Of a stretch of DNA of 64,000 bases, positions 15,301-27,633 are shown one piece after another. Numbering within the stretch: position 1 is the first letter of the stretch; each line of letters opens with the position of its first letter. The notes beneath the pieces are model-generated. The model was not told where the DNA came from and did no database searches. It saw only the letters and a list, made by a program, of their open reading frames with translations. The DNA is from Octopus sinensis (lineage: Eukaryota), in the NCBI RefSeq assembly GCF_006345805.1, contig NC_043006.1, positions 52,452,001 to 52,516,000 on the forward strand, read 5' to 3'. The translations under genes and the position numbers were made by a program.

Positions 15301-18300
15301 TTACTTCCATTTATTTTAACGTGTTAATTATCCACTCATATCTGCATGGTATTAATGAAACTAGTACTAGATATTAACTTTTAACCACCATTAGCACCCA
15401 TAGTACTTCTTTTAGGACCAGAAAGATAATCTATTATATTTCTGCAACACCTGTATTTTAGCCATGAAGACTGGAGTGTTTTTTAAATATTGTAATAATT
15501 TTAAAAAATATATTTTGTATAGATAATGTTGTATAAATGAGATGTTTGGTATAAATCAAATAAAGAAGTTTGGGCACTAATGGGTTAACACCTCAACTAC
15601 CAAGAGCTTTATTTTTCACTCACAACGAATTATTATTGTCCAGTTAAACAAATGACCAAATAACCACTACTTGGAATATTTTTGAGGAGGTACATAACAC
15701 ACAAGCAGGTGGAATACATGTAGAACCAGACGGAATGCTGTATAAATATCTAATGTATTTAGAAGTGCAAATCTGAGAGTACATATGTTAAAGATGTCCA
15801 CGTTGAAAAGAGCTTATTCTATGAAATAGATTCAATTAACAGCATTGTTATAGCTAAAATAAAATACATGTTGATAATTTTCCGATTATTAGGATTAAAA
15901 AGTGTCACAAATTCCTACAAATAAAGTTTACAAGTTATAAGAAAAAAAGTAAATACCTTTATTACAATATTGTCCTGTGTATCCCTGTTTACAGTTGCAT
16001 CTAAACGTAGAGCCCATTGGGACACAGGTCGCACCATTTTTACAAGGAGAGCTGCGACATAGATCAGCTGAAAAAGTGTTGGCGATACATATCTTTTACG
16101 CACATATTTTCTTTCTATTTATATAAATAATGCAATTCCATAAAATGCAAGTGAATCAACTACATTTATTTCAGGAATGTATTTACAATCTCACAAACAG
16201 AGAATTTGTTGATATTTTAACAGAGATTTATCTACTTTGTATTGAATTGAGCAGTTGCCAGTGGAATGGACACCGTGTCAGTCAACAGGTGAAGGTGTCA
16301 AAGCATCATTTATTATATATTGAGAATAATGACAAAGATATTCAACTCTCGTTCATTAGAATGCTTCACCGTAAATAAGTATTATATAGCAGCGTAGCTT
16401 TCTGCTATACGGAGCAGGAGCCCTGTATAATAACGAATGTTTGTTTGCTTGCAATCATGTGCTTCTGTCTTGACTACAGATCAGAGAGACGCTATTTAAA
16501 TAAAAATAACAGGAGTTAATCCATCATGGATTAATACTGTTTTTTATTAGAAAAATGTCATGAATAATAATGGTATTTATGGGGTTTAAAAAAAAAAACT
16601 TCGATGACTCAGCTTTAGATCATCAAGAATTTGAAGTGCTAGGGATCAGATTCGCGATAATCGAAGTGCTAGCTAATCTTAAAGAAAATCGTATGAATAG
16701 AATGGGTTCTCGTCATTTCAATCTATACAGAAATTAAAACTTTAGCTTTAAATCTTTAGAAACAGTATAACATGAAGTATAATGCTTCAATTTAACAGGT
16801 AATATAGAAACATTTGTGTTGATTGAAATAAATGTAAACTTCCATCTACGCAATACCGTAGGAGAACAGTGTAAATAGTCCTATTTCTCTGTGTTATATA
16901 GACAAAAACCATACAAATGTCACGATACTTAGTAGTTTCTACCTCAACAGTCTGTTCAGTCGTATTGGGTGAAATTAATAACCAGTAAAATATATTTCAT
17001 TGCAGTTCTGCTATATGTGCATCAAAAACTATATGATGCTTGTACAGTAAGGACCTAGAATACACTGATGAACAGAAGATTAGTATGTTGAGTTTACAGA
17101 TGTATCCGAACGGAGCCCAATAACAACATTAGCAACACAAGCAGCAACAACAAAACAATAAATGATGCAAATGAGCTGCGTAGATGAACATTTGATATTA
17201 CAAAATAATAGAATCGTAATAGCAAAATAACTGAAGACTATATATATATTTTTTTTTACTAAAATTCGTCATAAGGCCAAAATTGTTTTAAGAAGAAATT
17301 GGTCCACATTTTATGAGTCCCTGGAAGCTGAAAGGTAAAACTGATCCAGGCGGGATTTGAATTCATGATGTAAAGAGACAGAAATAATATACACGTACCA
17401 TTAATATTACACAATGGACCAGAGAAACCAGGCTTGCAGACTTTTTGACCGTTAGCATCACACTGAAACCTCGTTTGCTCGCTGGTGGGAATATCACACC
17501 TGATGGCACAGTTCGGACCATAATAGCCTTGGCTGCAATAACTCTGAAATATAACAACAACAAAGACATTCTAAGACTTTGGAAAATAGAAAGGTTAAAG
17601 AAGAATTCTGATATTTTGATCATAAACGAACCGCTTTAAAAATATAAACGTTGGTGGTTTTGGTGTACGAGTTTTTATATATAGGTATGGTATTAAGACT
17701 GCGTGCTTTTCCATAATAAAATCAACTAACGTTGTTTAACATTTATTTATACAGCAATATACCCCAATATTTATAGTATAACATAATGACGTGCCAGTAG
17801 AGTATCGTGGTGTACTTATAAGCAAATGCAGTTAATAGTTACGTTAATAACAGAAATTACTAGCTTCACGTGAGAGGCGAAAGAAATACTCTGTTCGTTA
17901 TAGTCGACGATTTCTTTAACACAGGATTCAGTCTGTGCATCCTATGTATGGCTTTGATTTGTTTTGACTAAGTGTTGGCTGGTTACTTATTTGTGTGGCG
18001 AGAGATGAAGATATTGTGTTTATGCTATGTGCTTGGAAAAATGCATTGCTGACAAAGAAATTCTTTTAAACACAGGCCGAGCAGGAGAAAGAATCAAGTG
18101 TTCATTCAGCTTCTTGGACCTTCTCGAACCTCTGCGCTAATGCTTGCCGGCCTTGTTGCTTATATAAACTAATGTTTAAGAGTGAACCCGCGGAACATAA
18201 CAGAACATTCTATAATATGGAGTGGTATTTCTGCAAGCTGATTAGTTGGTATGCAAGGCACGTCACTGACCTAAGTGTGGGTTGCTACTAGTTACTTAAG

Positions 18301-20004
18301 CAGTAAGGTTTCGATTTTAGGCTTCGCCACGGGTTTATAGCATCATTTCTGAGTTTCTAAAGATGTTGAAAATACATTTTTAAGGGTAGATTGGACATAA
18401 AAATAATGCCAGATATTTTCACTACCATCTGCACATCAACTACCGTATGATACTCTACGTCCATGGCCTAGAATACATATGTACACAGAGAAGAAATGCA
18501 AGAGCTGTCAAGGATCTTTGACGATCGATGCTTTTGCTGTTCGCTTAGAGCTCTGTGTTGCTGCAGTAGCACATATCAGAATGAGAAATGCTCAAATCAA
18601 TTAAGATAGGTGGCATAGCATAATACCTAGATATTCCAAAGCAACTGAGATTAAAGTACTTACTCGAATTTGGTATGTCAGTTGACTAGTAGGGTTCTGA
18701 CTACCACGGGTTGTTATCAGTTCATACCTGGCTTCATCGACGCTTCTCTGAGGCAAATGACTACCACTTTGGTAAACGTAATCGGCTATCAATTCGTTGT
18801 TGCTTTTTGCAGTAAACGAAACAACGAATTTCTGAAAACAGAGGTTTGAAGGTATATATTATTGGAAATATGTACAACCAGATAGAACAATGAAATTATA
18901 AACGAGAATGCAAACACACTCTCTCTTTCTTTCCCTCTCTCTGTCTCTGTGGCTCTCTCTCTCATATACGTACCCACACACACACGCACACCCGTGTGGG
19001 TTTGCATAGCATAGCAGATTTATAGGTTATTCAATACATTAATTAATAAACATCTAGATTATTGAAAATATAATATATAATCGTGAATACCTTCATATAT
19101 GTTTTATTATGTTATTATAGCGTTGATTTATATATTTGTGAAGAAGAACGATCGTTGTTTCGCCTATATAACACATGTAAATAACAACAGTAAACTCAGT
19201 AATATTAGTTCTTATGTTGTCAGAAGGTCTCAGTTTTGGAAAATGCGAACGCTCTTATATTCATGCTTGTTTCGTAAGCATTAGTGATATAAGGGAAATG
19301 AATTGATTTACCCACGAGCAAGTAAATCGCCTCCGACTCTGATCTTGCTGCAAAACAATGAACCAACAGTCTATAATAATCGCTTCTAATTTAGACACGA
19401 AGGCCAGCAGTTTTCATTTAAGTCGGTAACATCTGAAGAGTTTTTCGGTTGGCCAATGTAACACCTCATGGAGGAAGCAATATGATAAATAGTGAGCTGA
19501 AAAGGTAAATGCTATTATTATCAGACTTTCCATTCTGTCGCGATCTGCCTGTCACAATCTAAGAAATACCACAATATTATCCTTTCCCAAGAAGTATTAA
19601 AACATCTAATCTAACTGCCGCCCACATTTCTTCTCTTTCAACAACGCAAGGAAAATAGAAAAATTTGTAAACAGCAACCTTTCAGTTCTGATTTCTTCGT
19701 TTTCTATATGATCACTACTGTAGTTTTCGTAGAAACAGATATACAGCATGTTGCTGTCTTAACTCATCAATGGTCTTTTTACATTCCTACTTTTGTCATA
19801 AGCTCAAGTTCTGTAGTATTGTTAGCGCGAGAACATCATAACATCGTTCTACAGACATGCTATCTATCTATAATATCTTTTGGATCAGAGGTCGATAAAT
19901 CTCAAGATCCAGTTATGTCTTCCAGTGAGTAAATGCAACACGTAATCAGTGAGTAGATTGTAGTTTCATAAATATGTGTGTGTGTTTATTTTTTAATACA
20001 CACA

Positions 20005-20037
<33 letters not shown>

Positions 20038-20043
20038 GCACGC

Positions 20044-20095
<52 letters not shown>

Positions 20096-20214
20096 GTGAT
20101 AAACTTAATATAGTAAGTTTGCATTTTGTAATGCCTATGTTGTGGAAAGTAAACAGTATAATCTTCGTATACAAAATATATAAATAAGTAAATAATAATA
20201 ACAACAACAACAAC

Positions 20215-20287
<73 letters not shown>

Positions 20288-21803
20288 TTTCAAGACTGGT
20301 CATCCGTCCTTCAGAGTTTTATCCTTCCAAAGAACGCTTGATAGCAATAAGTATTTAAATCAGTAACAAACGAAAAAAAACCTAGTTAAAATGGCTAGAC
20401 TGATTAGTACATATTGTAGACTGATTAGTATATATTAGCTGGCAACGTTATTCAATACGTAATGAATACTTTATTCACAAGCATATACTGGAAAATCTAG
20501 GATAAATTTAACGTAGTCATCCAATAATTCATAACGCCTCCCTTGGAAATTTAATAAATGTAAATGCATCATGCCATTTTTTGGAACTCGGGAAAATATT
20601 ATTCTGGCATATTTCGTAGCATGATTTAAATTGGGATTGCTATCCAGTTATCTTCACAAGAAGACAGAGTGGAAAACATCCTCTTGTCTTGAAAGTATAC
20701 ATCGAAAAGGCCAGGGAACAGAATAAAGAAGACATGCACCCAACACCAGAGCTGAAGACACCGTCGGTAGAGGAGTAGGGGCCGAAACCGGACGTGGTTC
20801 CTCCTGATGATGTCTTGAGCTAACTGGATTCTATAAAGTAGCTGTTGTGGTAGCAGACCACGAAACACGGTTGTAATTCCTCGCAATGAAACTAACAATC
20901 TTAAGAAATTATATTTTAAGAAACATCTCATTCCAAAACCAAACACTTACCTGAAACGGCTGTCTAATCAGGTACGTGATCGGATTACGTGCTCTACCGA
21001 TAAATACCTTATTTAGATCAATGACATTATCACCTAAAATTAATTTGAAAAAATGAAACAGAAATTATATTGGGATACGAGAGTGAAAATTTACAGACAC
21101 ACACAAGTACACAGATGATATAACCTTCCCATTCTCTCTAACCTCCAGTATAAAGATGTTATATACACATAACGTAGATATATTATCAGGCCAGACTGTC
21201 TGCACTCTCTCCATGTATACTGTCTGCATTAACTCCAAACTACACTGTCTCCATGTACAGAGACTTACTGTTATCTCTAGTGATGTTTTGTAAATCAAGT
21301 CTCTTTCTAATACTAAGCCACTCCAATAAGAAAAATATTACCCTTGTCTTTACATTCGTACAAATTACGCTAGATTATAATCATTCCACCGTATGTGGAA
21401 ATTTCTCTGGATATGTGTAATGTTTACTCATCTAGACAGAGTATTGATATTTCGTGTTATGCTTAAAACCAGTGCATATTACCAGGATTTTCCGACTGGG
21501 GTCGAATAGAAGAAACCATCTTAAATTCATGTTTGAGTCCCCGTATAAATGGAATAAGGTCTGGCTAGCTTGTTCTGGCATGGAGTTGTATAATATAAAA
21601 AAATGAAATTAAAGCAAGTAATGATACTTTCAAGGCATTTAATACCTGCGTTTCAGGTCGTAGCGCAATAAATAAACCAAAAGATATTTCAAAATATGAA
21701 CACGTTGATGGTTTTCGCCATGCATATATGGTTAACGAAATATATATATACATACATACATGGAGAGAGAGATAGAGAGAGAAAGAAAGAGAGAGAGAGA
21801 GGT

Positions 21804-21834
<31 letters not shown>

Positions 21835-22256
21835 AAGTGATAAGGAGTAATATCTAAATCTGAGTACCTAGGTACGTTAGTGTGTTATGTGAAGATATGA
21901 CTTCTTTTGTCTCCAGTTTCAGATAAAATTGGTTATGTGTTGCTGACATCTACCGAGGGCATTGTGAAACTCCACTTTTTCAATATTATGTTACTACTCT
22001 TCTTATTTCCTTCTTTCTAGCATCAAGTCTAAGTATTCGTTTGCCTCATCATTGTTACTGCCATCACTGATGATATATTGAGCACTTTCTTTCATAATTA
22101 GCATCATCTTACATGATTTTAGTCCCTCCTAAGGGAACCAATTGCCCCCTCATTTGAATTTCACGATCTATATCGCTATTAAATATTGCGTTGCATATAA
22201 AAGTCTCATGTAGAACCGATCGCTACGAAATAAACTCACTTGCACATTGATAAATG

Positions 22257-22336
<80 letters not shown>

Positions 22337-22547
22337 AATAAAAAGAATTCCAACCTTGTCTGATTTTCACGTTTTATTTACAATCTTATAATGATATATT
22401 ATAAGATAATATATTATAATTGAATAAAATAAAATGAAATAGTAGAATGTTAAATATTCATTCTGATTGAACTAGTACTTTCATGCATTGAATTCTGCAA
22501 TCTTCGGGTTCATGTAGTAGTGTTGACAGTCATGCTTCACAATTTTT

Positions 22548-22602
<55 letters not shown>

Positions 22603-24559
22603 CATATAGTTAATCAAAACATTAACAAAGAGAAAACACAACAACGTGAGAACGTGGAACAAGTATAGTGTTATTGGACGCTCAGGAAATGAAAGAAGAG
22701 AGGAGGATTTAACGTTTCAAGCGGAGAACTTCGTCAGAAACATAGAAAAAGGAAAGGTCCAAGGAAGGGAAGACGGAGGAAGAAAATCGCCAACGATACA
22801 CACGCGGTCATATATTGAATGACCGGAAGGGAATGGGTGAAGAAAAAGTTCTTTCAAAGACTGTAGAGTGCAAGAGAAGGAGGTATATGTGTGTGTGTGT
22901 GGGTATGTGCGTGCACGCAAGTCTACGTGTGCGTGTGTGTGTGTGTAATGATAGCACTTGTGTCTGTGTATCTGTGTGTGTGTGGTTGTGGCTGTTTATC
23001 TATGTGTGTGGTTGGGCTTAGTATTGTTTAAGGTCATAGGAAGAATTTATAGTAGGTGTGGCTCCTGTTGTTGGTCTACCTACACATGTGCGTAGGAAAA
23101 TGGTCAGTGGAAGGTTCTGGTAGCTTGAAATATGTGTGTGTGCGTGTATGTATATGAGGTGTGTGTGTGTTTTGTTTGAAGTGTGTGTATGTGTATGTAT
23201 GTAGATGTGTGTTCGCGTGTGTATGTGTGTATGCGTAGGGGCTGTGTGTGTGGGGAGTAATTACATTTTCCTTTGTGTATGTGTGCATGTGTGCTTGTAT
23301 GTGCATATGCGTGTGTACATGTATGTATAATTGTGTGCGTGTATGTACGAGGGTGAGCTGTGTGTGTATGGGAGGTATGTGCGGGTTTATTGCGTGTGCA
23401 TGTGTGTGTTTTATGTGCGTGTGTATATACACGGGTGTGCGTATGTACATGTATGAGTATGTGCGTGTGTATTTTGTTTGTGTGCATGTGTGTGTGAACG
23501 AGGGGTTGTGTAGGGGGTATATAGGGGCGTTTCTTGCGCGTGTATGCATGTGGGTACATACACGTGTATCTGCGTGTAAATGTGTATGTGCGTGTGTGCG
23601 TGCGTATGTGTACGCATGTTTGAGTGTGCATATATGTGTGTCTGTGTCTATATGTGCATGTGTATGTGTGTGTGCGGCGTGTATGCATATATTGTGTGTG
23701 TATGTATATGCATGGGTGTGTATGTGAATTTGTGTATGCGTGTGTGCGCGGATTGTGTGTGTGGTTTTTCGTGGGGTTTGTGTAGGCGTACATGTGTGTA
23801 TGTGATTGCGTGTACATGTGCGTGCGTGTGCTAGTGTGGGTGTGCTTACGTGCGTGTATGCGTGTATGTGCGTGTGTATTTCTGCCCATGTATGTATAAA
23901 TGTGTGCCTGTCTGTATGTGTATTGTGTGTTGGAGGCATATGTACGAACCTGTGCTAGTGTGTGTGTGTATGTATTAAGTGTGTATATGTGTGTGTGCGT
24001 GTATTAATTGCGTATGTATGTGCGTGTGTATGTATGTGCGTGTGTGCGTGTGTATGTGCGCGCGTGTGTATATGTGTGTGTGAACGTGGAGATGTGTGTC
24101 GGGTTATGTGTGGGATTGATATCTGTGCATTCCTGTGCGTGTGTATGTGTGTGTGTGTGTGCGCGTGGGTGTATGTGGGTGCATGTGTGTATGTATGCGT
24201 GTGTGCATGTGTGTGGAAGTATGCGTGTATATGTGTATGTATGTGTGTTGTATGTGTGGTGTGTGGGAGGCGCATGTGCGTTCGTGGATATGTACGTATG
24301 TGTGTGTATGTGTGCGTGTATATAGAAATAAAAACAATAATTCATAAAAACAATAAATTATAAACAATAAAATAACAAAAAAATTATAAAAACAATAAAA
24401 TATAAAAATTAAAGCAATCGTGCTTTAGATACAATAGATATATCAAATATATCAAATATATTAAATACATCAAATGCAACATATGTATATATGTATATAC
24501 AGTATATATCTGTACATGCAACAGGAGAGGAACCAAAGCTGGAAACTTTCAGATGATGA

Positions 24560-24601
<42 letters not shown>

Positions 24602-25544
24602 AATTGATCTGCGTAAAAAGGCCAACAAGAAGAATATTCCATCTAATGAGAGTCCAATATTAATGTATGTGTTTCAGTCCGCATGTACTATACGCGTTAC
24701 TACTAGTTACATGTGCAAGGCAAATACGTTCATCAGGCGCTGCTTATTCAATGAAACCAAGAAGTTTAAATAGAGGACCGGACGAGATGTGACGCTAAAG
24801 CAAACAATATTTAATGGAAGATTCCACTACAGGTAGCCAACAAATTAAGGTTTCAAATGTATTTAATTCGAAAATATACACAAAAAAACAAAGTAAAATG
24901 ATAAAGTTATAAATTATAAAAATCATGAAAATTAAGCTAAATTATAAATGAGTCAATATATAAAATATATATAGATCTACACGTAATTCAAAGGCTATAC
25001 GAGTATATACAATACATGAATTATACAAGTACATAAAAATACAATATACATAAATTGCATAAAATTATAAGTGGGGTAGACTCTATGGTGTCTGTTATAA
25101 TGGTCTATACTTATAATATGTAGCAATTACAAAAGGGATATAAAGGATGGAAAAAATATAATGTAGATATAAATATGAGATATAAATCGATACAGTGAAG
25201 GAAGAAACTATATCTATATTCCTAGGTGTTATAACGAAAGATAGGAGAGCAAAATGACCAATCAATCAGGAATCGGTGGAATCTCCCAGTTTTTAAAGAT
25301 AAATTTAAACATGTGTTTACATCCACTAAAAATCGCTGACCTCGGATCTAAAGAACATCTGCGGCCTTTCGGCCAAGGAAAGCGTACATCTATTAGACAT
25401 ATTCATGTATGGTTTAGACCCTTCTATTATTCTCCATTTGATCACATATGGTACATTATTCTCATTTTTTCTCATACATGTATGTATGTATACATATATA
25501 TATGAATATATATGTATGAATATAAATATATGTATATATATATA

Positions 25545-25608
<64 letters not shown>

Positions 25609-26055
25609 CATATAAACATACTTGTGTGTGTATATGTATGTATGTAGATATTATGTATGTACGTATATGTATGTATATATATATATGTGTGTGTGTGTGT
25701 ATGAATATATATATATATAATTATATATATATATATATATATATATTTAATGTAAGATAAAATTTTTTCGTTAAAACCTCCCCAGAATAATTTTATCAAT
25801 GGCCAGCATATAAAAAAATACCTTTAAAGGTTAAATTTATAAACAACTTATAAATGAGGGCAAACGAAAAAATTTCTAATGCCCAGTATTCCGAAATTAG
25901 ACATAATGTCCATAACCATCATATTTTTTTCACAATACGCACGCTCCTTTCTGGAGTAGCGTGCGTATTCTGAAAAAAATATAATGGTTATGGACATTAT
26001 GTCTAATTTCGGCATATTTGGCATTAGAAATTTTTCGTTTGCCCTCATTTATAAG

Positions 26056-26113
<58 letters not shown>

Positions 26114-27546
26114 TCATGCATACACAAACATATAATCTCATGCAAATATACATACACGAATATATACCTATGCATAAAGACACACATGTGTCTAAAAATA
26201 AATTATATAGAATGTGTGTGTGTGTGTGTGTGTGCACGAGTGTTCGGTTTGTAAGGAATCCGAGACAGAATACTTACAGAAGTTATTGTAGCAAGAAAAG
26301 CGCAGAGCAGGAATCTACTGGTTGATTGAAAATTGTCTAATTAAGTATTGTCGTATGAGCTTTTAGATACATAGTGTATTTATAATGTGTATCACCTGTC
26401 CATTCGTCCCTGCGTTTTTTAAAAATTGCTTCACATGTACATAAAGCGTTAATGCAAATATCGTTAGTTCCTTTCTACACTGTTCAGGCTGAGAATTATA
26501 TTTACCCATTCCTATTCTAATGAATTTAGTAATGAAAAAGATGTCTGGTACTTAAAAAGTACCCAAACTGACACACGTAGAATCATATAAAAATACAAAA
26601 CAAGTCATCTTGATATAGATTTGAACTTGAATCCTGGAATCTCGCTAGTTTTATTTTTATGGATAAACATGTACTTACCGATAACTCCTGTTTTAGTCTC
26701 ACCATAACGACACAATGTCGAAGTATCATCAGGTCTAGCACAAACATGAAGAGTCGTTTGACATTGTTGACTTCCGAAATTGGAACATTTGCGTCCATTA
26801 GCCAGTAAACGGTTGTAATTTTCAAACTTGATAAACTTCACATCAATTACATAGTCGGCTACAATTGGCTGTAAAATATCAGTAAGAACACTTTATGAAA
26901 TATGTTTCTATAGCATTTACGATTTATTTCTGACTTCTTCTCTTTATATGCAGTATGTCTATGGGCAGATAAACATTTATTGATAGCATTTCATCTGAAA
27001 CTGAGTACCTATTCTATCCTACCCACTTTGCTAAACCGTTAAGTTACGAAACATAAACAACCATAACTAATTCAAAATCACGAGAGTCGAAGACAAACAC
27101 AAAGTAATGCATTTATGGCAGCCTTATACCCAATTTCTGTTCACCATATTCACTCACAAGGGTTTGGTCGATTCGGAACTATAGCAGAATATTTTCCCCC
27201 AACGTGCTGTAAAGTTAAACTGAAGTCGAAACTAAATGCTTGTGAAGCGGTCTTCGTAACCTCAAAGCTATACCTGCACTTCTTTATATATAATAAGCTA
27301 GTAGACAGATACAACGGAATCAACGAGGTCAGTTTCAGCCCATTGGTGAGGATATTTAAGCTCTGTGTATGTATGTATGTATGTATGTATGTATGTATGT
27401 ATGTATGTATGTATGTATGTATGTATGTATGTATGTATGTATGTACGTATGTATGTATGTGTATATGTATGTATGTAGATATTATGTATGTACGTATGTG
27501 TATGTATATATATATATATATGTGTGTGTATGAATACATACATATA

Positions 27547-27633
<87 letters not shown>

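Noticed and set aside
20626-20946. 106-aa minus-strand ORF with a hydrophobic stretch next to exon 4
   Set aside because: It starts just past the exon 4 donor in intron sequence and is mostly an insertion absent from copy B.
23076-24367. Many long His/Thr-rich and Val/Cys-rich ORFs, and similar IYLS, YVCM and IYIY ORFs elsewhere
   Set aside because: These are translations of stop-free microsatellites with no domain signal, splice support or paralogue conservation.
25335-25390. GGCC-GAAA-GGCC hairpin (minus strand) considered as an snRNA or ribozyme fragment
   Set aside because: It does not match U2 or other snRNA sequences as I recall them beyond chance, and I found no extended structure.
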